A stretch of 64,000 nt of DNA, from assembly GCA_040954595.2 (NCBI GenBank), contig CM082592.2:496001-560000 (forward strand). The letters run 5' to 3'. Under the pieces are notes generated by a model. That model saw only the letters and a list, made by a program, of their open reading frames with translations. It was not told the origin of the DNA and searched no databases. Below, one piece after another: positions 1 through 12,712 of this stretch (position 1 is its first letter; every line of letters starts with the position of its first letter). Origin of the DNA: Balanoglossus misakiensis (taxonomy: Eukaryota; Animalia; Hemichordata). A program made the translations under genes and the position numbers.

Positions 1-1213
1 CTAAGAAAAGAATTTATTCTTATTTATTTTGTAAAAAAGACAATTTTTCGAAAAAAAGTCGAAAATGGTAATTTTGTCTTGGGTGATTCAAATTATACCG
101 CCTTTTCTGGAATTTGCAGCACTTTTTACAAGAGAACGACACTTCATGCTCCATAATATTTCCGAAAATGAAGAAAAGAGTTAATTTTTTATGATTTTTT
201 AAAAATTTACCATTTTTGTCAAAATATGGCCAAAATGGCTATTTTTTCTTGAATTCCGTCAATATCTCTGCATTTTTGGAGTGGTCGAAAGTTTTAACAT
301 ACAATCAACATGTCATTTTTGATCAGGGCACCAAATTCGAAGAACAAAGGTTTTTTTATTTGTTTTTCTAAAAATGACATTTTCAAAGAAAATTTGGTAA
401 AACGCAATTTTGTCTGCAGTGAGCCAAATTAGACGGTCTTTTGTGGAATTTGTATCGATATATACATACGAAGAGCATTCTATACTCCATCAGATTTACG
501 AAAATGTAGAAAACAGGTATTTTTTATAATTTTCAAAAATTTACCATTTTGACCAAATTGTGGCTAAAATTGTTATTTTCGTGTTGAATGCCGCCAGTGT
601 CACTGCTTTTAAAAGTCATAAAAACTTTTAACATACAAGCAATTGTTTATATATGATCAGGTCACCGAATTAAAAAAATAAAGAATGTTTTGCCTAAAAA
701 TGACCTTTTTGGTGCAAAAACGAATAAAACGCAATTTTGTATTAAATCAGCTCATTCAGAGTGCATTTTTTATAATCAGCACCATTTTTACATATAATGG
801 AAATTTCCTACATCATCAGATATCCAAATATGAAAAAATGATTTAGATTTTAGATGATTGTCCAAAATTAGCTGATATCTAATAAATGTAGTATTGAACC
901 GTTCCGTCCCCCCCCCCCCCCTTACATTATATGCGGTACGCCGATGTCAGCTTACCCGGCAGTACTGCAGGCCGTGCCCCCAACTAACATCGGTGTTGGA
1001 AACGCCCTGGTTAAATTCGGGCTTCCTCTATAAATTGACAGGCAATAATGCAGTCCTACCCGAACAAATGTCGAGTGTTGACCCGCTGTGACTTTCCCTC
1101 TTCGGTTTGCCCGACTTAGCCAACGTCTTTGTACTAGAGTGTCGGGTCTTTTGCAGAGCCAGGCCGAAGGAAATCCGACTTGATCACCGTTGCTAACGAA
1201 CGCTAGTGTCTGT
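1..1213. repeat. Partial unit of the ~2-kb composite satellite (AT-rich block, poly-C linker, start of the first 81-bp monomer)
   Basis: Near-identical to the units at 24.3-64 kb. The interrupted monomer (…gctagtGTCTGT) resumes at 23452 (GTCTGTcatggtgtgccgg). Confidence 0.95.
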
Positions 1214-1790
1214 TATGGAAAGCCGTTGGGGACCCCCGACAACTTCTCTCAATACATGTGTAAAGTCCATAGACAAATGATAGGAACGCATATGCTGAAA
1301 ATATGACGCACATTGGGTGCCGACGCCGTAATCTAAAATGCCGGTAACAACCATATTTTTGCCGACACCTTTACTCAATCTACCGGCGCCGACAAAATCA
1401 CAACCGGTGATTTGATGAGTTCTCGCATCGGCGTTTCTACAGAGTTGTCGCATCGGCGTTTCTACAGAGTTGTCGCATCGGCGTTTCTGGAGAGTTGTCG
1501 CATCGGCGTTTCAGCTAGAGAGTTGTCGCATCGGCGTTTCTGGAGAGTTTTGTCGCATCCGCGTTTCTGGAGAGTTTTGTCGTACCGGCATTTCTACACA
1601 TGCGCATCGGCGTTTCAGCTAGAGTTTTCTCGCATCGGCGTTTCTGGAGAGTTTTGTCGCACCGGCATTCTACACATGCGCATTGGCGTTTCAGCTAAAG
1701 AGTTTTCCCGCATCGGCGTTTCTGGAGAGTTTTGTCGCACCGGCATTTTACACATGCGCATTGGCGTTTCAGCTAAAGAGTTGTCGGCGA
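1214..1790 (+). repeat. Left TIR (~250 bp) plus subterminal repeat array (CGCATCGGCGTTTC motif; ~21-24-bp and 78-bp units)
   Basis: Reverse complement of 22942-23451; only about 2 mismatches seen in the first ~250 bp. Confidence 0.92.
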
Positions 1791-4066
1791 TTTTGGACAG
1801 CGGCTTTTTCTTCTCGGTCTCCTCTTTAGTTAAGGTTTTGTAGTCAAAGAGTAAATCACAAGGCAAAATCTCGAGATGCTGAACTGCTGCTAGGTCTCCC
1901 ATGCATTTGTTAGAACACTGAGCTAAAAGTCTTTCAACGTTATAGGCTTAGATATTTTAAATAAATTATTGTTATTAGCAAATTATAATTTTTACGTTTG
2001 TTATCATGTGGTCAACCGATGTTCGTACAGAGCATGTGCATAAGATCAACATGCTACTCCAAGGCAACTGTTGCTGATGAGAATTATGGCTACTCTAGGT
2101 AAGTTTCATTATGAATTTTATGACGTTACTTTACATGTTCTTTCTAAACATTGAAAGAAGGAAAGGCATTGATCAGATTTGAAGCTTTACTGTGTCTTAA
2201 GATTTCAACTATAGCCTGGTATCCATACCTAGTGTGCGAGTCTATCTATAAAACACACTGGGTATGGAGACCAGGCTAGCAACTATTATGTTCTCAGTTT
2301 ATTTCAGTTTCTTGTTCAGCATTTAAACATGATGAAATTCTCAGCTTTTAAAATTCAGCAATAATCAGATTAATTTTGTTGAAATTGAATTCCCATTTAT
2401 TTCCCACTCAGTGTTAGATTGCTACAATGAATTATTATTATGTTGGTGAAGTCTGGCAAATTAACTGTTTACTGGCACTTAGCTATGCAAACTAGCATTA
2501 GAATGAATTGGGAAATACCACAATAACTGGCCAATTCTTATGAAACAACAGCATTTACATGGATATATGAAACCACTATTTAATGCTTAGATAAAAAACA
2601 GAATGGTTCCTTGATGGGGTTGGCTCTTCAAAGCTGTAGAATAGGGGTACATGTACACCTAAAACCTGAAACCAAAATACTGCATTTAATGCAAACAGAT
2701 AGATAATTTCCTTTTATGTTAGATTGCCAATTTTACACAAGTCACTTGTGAATATTATTTTCTTACAGAGCAAAGGGAACTCATTAAGAAGTATTTCTCG
2801 TATGGTTATACACACAAATTAATTTATTATGTAATGGTAAAACAACATGGATTCCGTTTGAGGTAAACAGCATTAAAAACATAATAACTTTACTTTTGAG
2901 TGGTAAACTTACATTATTTTATTATCTGTTACTTGGAAATTGTGTAATGACCAGTCTCTTCCTTTTATGTTATCCCTTTAGTGTACAACTCACTCTCACT
3001 TTATTTTGACTCTGTAGGTTTTCATACTTCAAGCGCAAATTCCTCCATCACCTTGGACTCTATCGAAAAGGGAGAAGAGCACAGTCATCTTTTGATGACA
3101 TTGTTTCTGCTGTGCTTGTATGTTAAGCTCTTTACCCTAACCTACATTTAATTAGTGACACCACTTCCCAAGTCTGACTTAATTGCACACATTCAGTATA
3201 ACAAATTAAAATCAAATTCTGAACATCTTGCAGAAGAACTCCATTTTCCTGGTCACCCTTTTGTCATTTGGGCAGATATGCGAGGGACATTGTTGCTAGG
3301 AAATTAATTCATTTATGTCAGTTGTTTGTGTTCTACCACTTGCATGGATTAGAAGCAATTTCAAAAGTATTCGATTTATGTCACATTTTATTAACTATTT
3401 TTTTCAACTGTGAATGTCAGCTATTCTAATATTGAATGTGTTCATTCATTTGTTCACACATCTATCAATCTATCCAACCATCCTTTCCTTTATTCATTTA
3501 CAGACAGAACTGAATACAGGGTCTGGCTGCATTGTTGGAGCCAATGAAATGCTAGCTATCCTGAGAACTAAGCACCAATTGATGGTTAAAAGGTAAAAAA
3601 AAAATTTTGTAATACTGGAATGATAAAAACAATAATGCAAACATAAGTGTTCATTGATATCATCAACAAGGGTCTTTTATTTGAAATGGCTGATTGATGT
3701 AAGGGAAATGCTATTTGAATAAGCTCCCTTGGCAAGAAAATAACAGGTGATGGACTTGTTTCCTAATTCTCCCTGCTAATCTAAAGTTGAAGTGCAAATG
3801 TCAAATCTATTTCACTCATTGAATAAAAACTTTGGCCCAGATTTATTACAAATCTCATTTCAATTAAATTGCAGATTATTCTTATTTTATTAAAATATGT
3901 AATAAATAGATTTCTTTTTTTGTAGGGAGACTGTACGAAAACTTCTTAGGATCCTGGATCCAATAAACGTTCAACGACGCCTGCATCGCCGGTTAATACG
4001 GCGTGAGTACAGATGTAAAGGACCAAATTATGTATGGCACATTGGTAAGCAAATTAACTGATTGTA

Positions 4067-4230
4067 CAGTCTGAACCTGTCTAAACCGGACCTTCTGAAC
4101 ATGGACACCTGTCTTTACCAAACAAATTTTTCAGTCCCTTTGACACAGAACCACAAGTTAAAATAAACTCTATGAACTAATTACCTTTGCAAACAAAACA
4201 GTTCTTCGGTCCCTTTGTTGTCCACTAAGA
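4067..4230. mobile_element. Degenerate MITE (CAGT…AACCTGTC family) with its 3' end replaced by the (TA)n array
   Basis: Starts TA|CAGTCTGAACCTGTCTAA. Internal sequence (gtccctttgaca…aaccaca…gttaaaa…acctttgcaaa) aligns with the complete copy at 12551-12712. Confidence 0.6.
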
Positions 4231-7200
4231 TATATATATATATATATATATATATATCTGTCTTGAAATTGCAGAAAGTACTCTAATTTGAAACAGGGTT
4301 AAAGACCATACAACACACCCAGCAGTGAGGGCGCTTTAGTGCATGTACACAATTAATAATTGATGCAGGACGGCTTGCCAATTAAATGTCTATTTTACAG
4401 AAAATATAAGGTACTTTCTCCATTTCCATTACAGATCTAGAATAGGCAAATTTGCAATTACACTCACTCGCATGAATGAATGCTGGCATCTGTGGTGGGC
4501 GGCGTGGAACTTTACTTGGTGGCGTGCCGGGAAGGAAGGTGCTCTCCTCAGCTCAACTGCCACCAATAAACTGGCCCACAGCAGATGAGTTCATTTCAAC
4601 AGGTGCCAAGCTCTTTGGCTAGAATAGATAAAATATATTGATGCCGCAATGAATGAATGAAAACAGTATGAATGACCAGTCAATGGAGCTCTCCAATGGC
4701 ACGTAAGACTAGAATAGGCAAATTTGCAATTACAGTCACTCGCATGAATGAATGCTGGCATCTGTGGTGGGCGGCGTGGAACTTTACTTGGTGGCGTGCC
4801 GGGAAGGAAGGTGCTCTCCTCAGCTCAACTGCCACCAATAAACTGGCCCACAGCAGATGAGTTCATTTCAACAGGTGCCAAGCTCTTTGGCTAGAATAGA
4901 TAAAATATATTGATGCCGCAATGAATGAATGAAAACAGTATGAATGACCAGTCAATGGAGCTCTCCAATGGCACGTAAGACTAGAATAGGCAAATTTGCA
5001 ATTACACTCACTCGCATGAATGAATGCTGGCATCTGTGGTGGGCGGCGTGGAACTTTACTTGGTGGCGTGCCGGGAAGGAAGGTGCTCTCCTCAGCTCAA
5101 CTGCCACCAATAAACTGGCCCACAGCAGATGAGTTCATTTCAACAGGTGCCAAGCTCTTCGGCTAGAATAGATAAAATATATTGATGCCGCAATGAATGA
5201 ATGAAAACAGTATGAATGACCAGTCAATGGAGCTCTCCAATGGCACGTAAGATCTGTCTTGAAATTGCAGAAAGTACTCTAATTTGAAACAGGGTTAAAG
5301 ACCATACAACACACCCAGCAGTGAGGGCGCTTTAGTGCATGTACACAATTAATAATTGATGCAGGACGGCTTGCCAATTAAATGTCTATTTTACAGAAAA
5401 TATAAGGTACTTTCTCCATTTCCATTACAGATCTAGAATAGGCAAATTTGCAATTACACTCACTCGCATGAATGAATGCTGGCATCTGTGGTGGGCGGCG
5501 TGGAACTTTACTTGGTGGCGTGCCGGGAAGGAAGGTGCTCTCCTCAGCTCAACTGCCACCAATAAACTGGCCCACAGCAGATGAGTTCATTTCAACAGGT
5601 GCCAAGCTCTTTGGCTAGAATAGATAAAATATATTGATGCCGCAATGAATGAATGAAAACAGTATGAATGACCAGTCAATGGAGCTCTCCAATGGCACGT
5701 AAGACTAGAATAGGCAAATTTGCAATTACACTCACTCGCATGAATGAATGCTGGCATCTGTGGTGGGCGGCGTGGAACTTTACTTGGTGGCGTGCCGGGA
5801 AGGAAGGTGCTCTCCTCAGCTCAACTGCCACCAATAAACTGGCCCACAGCAGATGAGTTCATTTCAACAGGTGCCAAGCTCTTTGGCTAGAATAGATAAA
5901 ATATATTGATGCCGCAATGAATGAATGAAAACAGTATGAATGACCAGTCAATGGAGCTCTCCAATGGCACGTAAGAATCTAGAATAGGCAAATTTGCAAT
6001 TACACTCACTCGCATGAATGAATGCTGGCATCTGTGGTGGGCGGCGTGGAACTTTCCTTGGTGGCGTGCCGGGAAGGAAGGTGCTCTCCTCAGCTCAACT
6101 GCCACCAATAAACTGGCCCACAGCAGATGAGTTCATTTCAACAGGTGCCAAGCTCTTCGGCTAGAATAGATAAAATATATTGATGCCGCAATGAATGAAT
6201 GAAAACAGTATGAATGACCAGTCAATGGAGCTCTCCAATGGCACGTAAGATCTGTCTTGAAATTGCAGAAAGTACTCTAATTTGAAACAGGGTTAAAGAC
6301 CATACAACACACCCAGCAGTGAGGGCGCTTTAGTGCATGTACACAATTAATAATTGATGCAGGACGGCTTGCCAATTAAATGTCTATTTTACAGAAAATA
6401 TAAGGTACTTTCTCCATTTCCATTACAGATCTAGAATAGGCAAATTTGCAATTACACTCACTCGCATGAATGAATGCTGGCATCTGTGGTGGGCGGCGTG
6501 GAACTTTACTTGGTGGCGTGCCGGGAAGGAAGGTGCTCTCCTCAGCTCAACTGCCACCAATAAACTGGCCCACAGCAGATGAGTTCATTTCAACAGGTGC
6601 CAAGCTCTTTGGCTAGAATATATAAAATATATTGATGCCGCAATGAATGAATGAAAACAGTATGAATGACCAGTCAATGGAGCTCTCCAATGGCACGTAA
6701 GACTAGAATAGGCAAATTTGCAATTACACTCACTCGCATGAATGAATGCTGGCATCTGTGGTGGGCGGCGTGGAACTTTACTTGGTGGCGTGCCGGGAAG
6801 GAAGGTGCTCTCCTCAGCTCAACTGCCACCAATAAACTGGCCCACAGCAGATGAGTTCATTTCAACAGGTGCCAAGCTCTTTGGCTAGAATAGATAAAAT
6901 ATATTGATGCCGCAATGAATGAATGAAAACAGTATGAATGACCAGTCAATGGAGCTCTCCAATGGCACGTAAGAATCTAGAATAGGCAAATTTGCAATTA
7001 CACTCACTCGCATGAATGAATGCTGGCATCTGTGGTGGGCGGCGTGGAACTTTACTTGGTGGCGTGCCGGGAAGGAAGGTGCTCTCCTCAGCTCAACTGC
7101 CACCAATAAACTGGCCCACAGCAGATGAGTTCATTTCAACAGGTGCCAAGCTCTTCGGCTAGAATAGATAAAATATATTGATGCCGCAATGAATGAATGA

Positions 7201-7424
7201 AAACAGTATGAATGACCAGTCAATGGAGCTCTCCAATGGCACGTAAGATCTGTCTTGAAATTGCAGAAAGTACTCTAATTTGAAACAGGGTTAAAGACCA
7301 TACAACACACCCAGCAGTGAGGGCGCTTTAGTGCATGTACACAATTAATAATTGATGCAGGACGGCTTGCCAATTAAATGTCTATTTTACAGAAAATATA
7401 AGGTACTTTCTCCATTTCCATTAC

Positions 7425-7478
<54 letters not shown>
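4230..7478. repeat. (X-Y-Y-Y)3-X module array embedded in an (AT)n microsatellite, inside transposase intron 5
   Basis: X is 177 bp (CTGTCTTG…ATTACAG) at 4258, 5254, 6252 and 7250. Y is ~272 bp (CTAGAATAGG…CACGTAAG), nine copies. (TA)n flanks lie at 4230-4257 and 7427-7478. Confidence 0.93.
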
Positions 7479-7481
<3 letters not shown>

Positions 7482-7796
7482 ATACATGCCTAAATATAGG
7501 GATAAACTGAGTTAACGCCATCTTGAAAATTTGCAGTGCATTATCGGTCAATTGAGTCCCAGTTGGGGGGGGGGGAGTAGCGTCTACAACCTATCCAATT
7601 TTCCAGCAGTTTTGTCAGATTTTCTTCAAGTAACGTTAGTAGTAGTAGTTACATGAAGAAAATCTGACTAAACCGCTGGAAATGGATAGGTTGTAGACGC
7701 TACTCCCCCCAACCGGAACTCAATTGACCCATAATGCACTGCAAATTTTCAAGATGGCATTAACAGTTTATCCCTACATTTAGGCATGTATGACAT
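7477..7796. mobile_element. Fold-back MITE (~155-bp inverted arms, short tagtagta spacer)
   Basis: ATGTCATACATGCCTAAAT…ATTTAGGCATGTATGACAT; the arms pair along almost their entire length. Confidence 0.8.
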
Positions 7797-10700
7797 TGTG
7801 TTTTGATTTTTTTTTTAGATGGGTATGATAAACTATCTCCATATGGATTTGCCATTCATGGTTGCATCGATGGGTAAGTGCTATCAACTTATCATCTATA
7901 CAAACCTTTCTGAGGAATGCTGGAGACCCATTGTAACACCATTGGTTTTTTGAGAATCACAATATTGATGAAAGCTAAGATTAATGAAGCACATTTAGTA
8001 ACAATTCTGTGGAAATATGTTTATGCAATGAAATTTACTTATTCCTTTTTTAATTTGAAAATTAATAATAACTTTGTTTTCTATAGATTTTCGCGAAGGG
8101 TGTTGTGGTTGAAAGTTGGTGCATCAAACAATGATCCAAGCAAAGTTGCTTCCTATTTCATAGACACAGTTGAGAAGCTGAAAGGTAATAGACACATTCA
8201 CTCAAGGTTGTTAAACATATCATTTTGACAAAATTTGTTTTATTGACATTTCTGAACTGGGTAAAGGCGATAAATTTAGCCAACCACTAATCAATGACAA
8301 TTATCCATTGCATGCTCATATTAGTCTTGTACCCAATATTTCCTGTGGCAACATTGTAATGATCTTCACATATCCAGGCTGTGTTGAAAAACATTGAAAC
8401 TACGTGTAGGCAGTACAGCATTTGGAATGAAAATCTTTCTTAAAAATTAAATCTAGTGTGTACAATTTTTTTTTTTTTTTTTGGGGGGGGGTTAACATTT
8501 TAACTGTAAGAGCTGCCAATGTCAATCCTAATTTGTTTGCAGGTTGCCCCAGGATCTTGCGAGCAGATCATGGCACAGAAACAGGAGTGATAATGACTGC
8601 TCAAGCCATGTTGAGGACAGATGGTGATGATGCTTTTGCTGACAACAGCTTTTGGTATGGTCCTTCAACTGCTAACAAGGTCAGTTATATGACAAATGAC
8701 ATCACAATTTTTCTTAGGAATACCTACGCTGTACCGTGTCATGAGATAAAAAGACTGTTAATACTACCCATTTTTCCACTACCTTGTTAAGATGACTATA
8801 TGCTTGAGGAGACTATCCTCAAACCTCATAGACTCCCCATCTTCCCTACTTCAGTCACCGATTCCATTGCTGCTGCATGCCTGAGCAAATTTTGTTCAAA
8901 TTTGGTGCAGTTTTTTGTTTCACAATATAATCCAAAAAAGACACTTTTGGTATCGTGTTTCACATTTGTTTGTTCAGAGTGGTGACAGTAATTGTGTCAG
9001 ACCATTGTTTTCATTGTGATCTCTTCTTACAGCGTATTGAACGATGGTAGGGTGTGTTAAGAAGTAAAAGTGCAGATTGGTGGATTGACCATTTTAAGGT
9101 AAAGTATCATTTGGCTTGTACAAATGTGTTCTGCAAAACAAAATCAACTCAAACACAAAGATGGTTGTATAAGTGACAAAATTTGTATTCTCATAGAATG
9201 TGCCTCAGCCCAAGATGCAATGTCATTAGTAGATGCAGTTGTGTGTAGGAATGAGAAAAATAACCAGTATAGCTCAAGTCAGTTCATATCATGATGTTGA
9301 ATTGTCCTGCAGAGTTTTTATACATGAGGACTAGGCTTTCCAAACATTTTTTTTCTTGGCCATGGCCTTGCAGGCAGTTTATACACAAGTACAAGACCAC
9401 ATTCACTGACACATTTTACTGTAGCATTACAGGAAATTCACCACTATCAATTTTTTATCCCCTAGGATTTGGTATCAATGGGTCATTTGCAGTTAGGTGA
9501 CCCGGTCAACATGTGAGTTGATACACTTTATGTTTTGTTTCAAGTAATGAAAGAAATTCCATTATTCAATCTGTCAATGTTTGCACAGAGCAGAGAAGAA
9601 ACAGACACAGACAGGATGGTAGAGACATAGACAGGAGATCAAATATTGCAGTTCGTTTGAAATCCGTAGATCTGCTGGAAATCATATTTTTAACTGGATG
9701 AATTTCCATAAACTTGTAACATTATGCTATTTGTTAAGTATGATAAAATGCACATATTATTCCCAAGCATCTTGAAATCAATTTGCATTTTTTCTTTCAG
9801 AATGAGTATGCAGTTTTGTTATTTTTCTGTCATGCAAAGGGAACTGGATGAGGTAGTTGAGAGGTGGAACCACCACAGAATAAGGCGACAAAATAAAGGA
9901 GATTCTGTATCAGGCATTCCAGAAATTCTCTATACCTGTCCTGAGTTACTAGGTACTTTTTTATTGCAACAAAATAAAGAAACCAACAAAGATTCATTAA
10001 AATTGCAGAAATGCTACCTAATCTGGACCCTGTGACTGAATGTAGATCACAAGTCATGAGGGTATTTCACTCATTAGGTCAACATAAGGCTTATCCATGA
10101 AGTAAATGACATGCAGTGTTTAAAGCATAAATCATGAACATTGGAAAGTTTCCTCAACAAAAATCTCAAGATTACATAACATCTGCAGAGAATGATAGAA
10201 AAATAACATTTCAATCACTTCATTGCTTAAGGTAAATAAAATAAAATAACTTAATATACATCTGGCACCAAGAACAATAGATACTCCAATATAAACAAAA
10301 AAGAAAGATGGCTGCTCACTGTGTACTGTGTTTCAGCTGATCGGTTATGATTGATCGTACCAGCGTTTTGAAAGCCAAATAATATGCAACACAAGAACTA
10401 ACTGAGATGTAAGATGTACACTAATAATTTTATTATGAAAATACCACAAAGTATATATTTGGACATTAGCATAGTGCATCGCCCTCCGCTACGCATCAGG
10501 CGATACGTGGCGCTAATGTCCTTGAGCATACTTTGCAGTATTTTCGTAATACCCTCATAGTATTTAACCCATACATAAATTCTTATTTGAACAAACATAT
10601 TTTGTTATTTCAGACCGCCCTAATTGTCGGAACTACATACATTCAGTCAACGCTGGCTCTCAAACTTTCTTGCTATGCAAGTCACAGTGTAACTTTGATA

Positions 10701-10878
10701 ATGGTTGCAATGAAGATTTCGCAGTTGTGGCACGGAACATATGCCAAATGAATGGATGGAATCATGAACCCACTACAGCATTTGCAGCAAAAGAACTCTA
10801 CTTGCACTTGACACCTTGCCTTGAAGAACTTTTATAAACTACACAACTAAAGAGAACAATACAACAGCTAATACTTTA

Positions 10879-11073
10879 GAGGCCGTTCAGTTTTCATGGC
10901 TTGGGGCAAGTTTGTGTCATCTGTTTTCAAAAACAGGCAGACCCCCCCCCATTCCCTTTACACGGGACCAAAAAATGATGACCCCCCTTTTGAATTTCCA
11001 AATTTAAGTGACACCCCCTTGATTTTGCCGACTCCCCCTACCTACCTCCCGCCGTAAAAACTGAATGGTCCCC
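10879..11073. mobile_element. Degenerate MITE between the convergent genes
   Basis: Imperfect TIRs GAGGCCGTTCAGTTTTCATGGC / GCCGTAAAAACTGAATGGTCCCC, with internal poly-C tracts. Confidence 0.5.
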
Positions 11074-12550
11074 TAGTAAAAAAAATGTTCACAAGTACAG
11101 TTCAAAACAGCCCACACAGAAGAACATCATCATAGTTTGTTAGGGTGTCATCCAGGTCACCACTAATCTGTTGAACAAATAAAAAAGTGATTTCATGCAT
11201 TAAAAAACATTGTTTATCATATTCATGTGTATGTACTGACATTTTGTGATGCGAAATAAAACTTGGTAATCAGAATAGCTGTACTATGTGAACATTTGGA
11301 TTCTGTTTCACGAGACTGAAGAATGTTGTGCATTTTTGGACAACTCGATTTTCAGTATAAAACTGCTAAAAAAGACAGTTGATCAATCTCTCAAAATTGG
11401 CAAACACCGAAATATGCAAATATCATCAAAAAAATTTAAAATTATTAAATTACCTCTTTCACTAGCATCATTTCTGGTAGATATTCTACTAAAAGGAAGT
11501 CAGCCTCAGCTGTGGCATGGTATTCATGCTGACACTGAAAATCAACACAGTTGGGAGGATCGAAACATTGCAGAAAAAATCTGCAAGGAAGATCTTCTGA
11601 ATCAACTGTACCGCAAATCCAATCAAAGACATCCTGCAAAGCAAATAGATTCTTTTATGTTTACAATTATAATGCTAGAATATGATGATTAATCCAAACC
11701 TTGGTTTCTTTATTTTGGTATGACTGCAGTTACACTCAGAAATGCCTTACATTGTAAGGCTGCAACGGACTGTATTTGAACAGTGAACATGAAACACACA
11801 ATTTACACTTGATGGCCCATATCTTGACTTACTTTGAGTGTATCTAGGTCTCTGAATGGCCTTTCCAGGACCTCATCGTTCACCATGATGCAGATTTGTC
11901 TTTTCCTTTCGTTAATCAAGGGCAATCTTATATTTTCGGCTCTGGCCTGTGCTGCCTGTAAAGAAATAAACACATTGAGTGTCATAACCTGAGCAGACAA
12001 TTCACTGACTAACCGGTTCCTAGGGAAGAGATTGCCTTGCCTAACGTGAAATAGGTATGTGGATGAGAAAGTACAAAACAAACATTTAGTAGAATGCACC
12101 TCTGAGCTTTAAATTTTTAGACATTGGACCTAAAAATTAACAATTTATCAAAAACTATCCTATAAATGTAAAAATGAAGAATTTATCAAAAACTACAAAG
12201 ACAATCAACACGTTTCAATCCAGTATTAACATCATTGCCCAAACTGTCACTTTGGTGTAGGAGTATAACCAATCCAGTCAAATGTATGACTCAGAATCAA
12301 AATTCGACTAAACTTACATCTTTCCTTTGCAATTTCCTTTGAGCTTGTTTCTCTCTTTCCTGTAACGTTAATATTCATACCATTTAATACCTTAGACTAA
12401 TCAATATCCCCCAGGGGCGGCCTAAACATCACATGTGAAAGCCCCATTTGTTTAAGAGTCATTCCATAATCTTTCAACACCTTTGCAAATACCAGTCAGA
12501 GTTATTTTCCATCATATCTGCTCTGACTGTCCCCATATTTCCTCATGCAG

Positions 12551-12712
12551 CAGTAAAACCTGTCTAATCTTGAAACCTATCTATATTGAACACATGTTCC
12601 TGTCCCTTTGACATGGAACCACATGTTAAAAGAACCCCTATAAACCAGACACCTTTGCAAATGGAATAATTTCTTCAGTCACTTTGGTGTTCAGTTTCGA
12701 CAGGTTTTACTG
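12551..12712. mobile_element. 162-bp MITE with Tc1/mariner-pogo-like termini
   Basis: Perfect 14-bp TIR CAGTAAAACCTGTC / GACAGGTTTTACTG followed by TA. Confidence 0.7.

Larger units (their letters stand above)
2086..10837 (+). pseudogene. Spliced IS3EU-type DDE transposase (Clr5-like N-terminus plus integrase core), ~397 codons, one premature stop
   Basis: Reconstructed GT-AG exons with consistent phases: 2086-2098, 2769-2862, 3018-3117, 3504-3592, 3926-4044, 7819-7873, 8087-8184, 8543-8679, 9033-9098, 9466-9512, 9801-9952, 10614-10837. Protein: MATLEQRELIKKYFSYGYTHKLI…GPNYVWHIDGYDKLSPYGFAIHGCIDGFSRRVLWL…GCPRILRADHGTET…GPSTANKRIERW*GVLR…WNHHRIR…ELYLHL. The D-D-E triad falls in WHID / RAD / RIE. 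TAG at 9048-9050 replaces an expected Trp. The first exon is the least certain. Confidence 0.88.

Noticed and set aside
945-975. CTTACCCGGCAG resembling the U1 snRNA 5' end, and CCTACGGCC (minus strand of monomers) resembling the 5S rRNA start
   Set aside because: The similarity ends after ~10 nt and no downstream U1 or 5S sequence follows.
1193-1902. ORFs in the TIR/subterminal arrays (also 22787-23543)
   Set aside because: They are open frames produced by 78-bp and short tandem repeats, mirrored at both ends; there is no evidence of coding.
4437-4708. Hammerhead ribozyme (retrozyme) in the Y or X monomers
   Set aside because: CTGAGGA occurs on the minus strand, but I found no correctly placed GAAA and stem II. 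Other ribozyme classes cannot be excluded without Infernal.
4672-7106. 62-aa MTSQWSS… and 73-aa MVAVELR… ORFs
   Set aside because: They span Y-Y junctions and depend on spacer length; they are repeat by-products.
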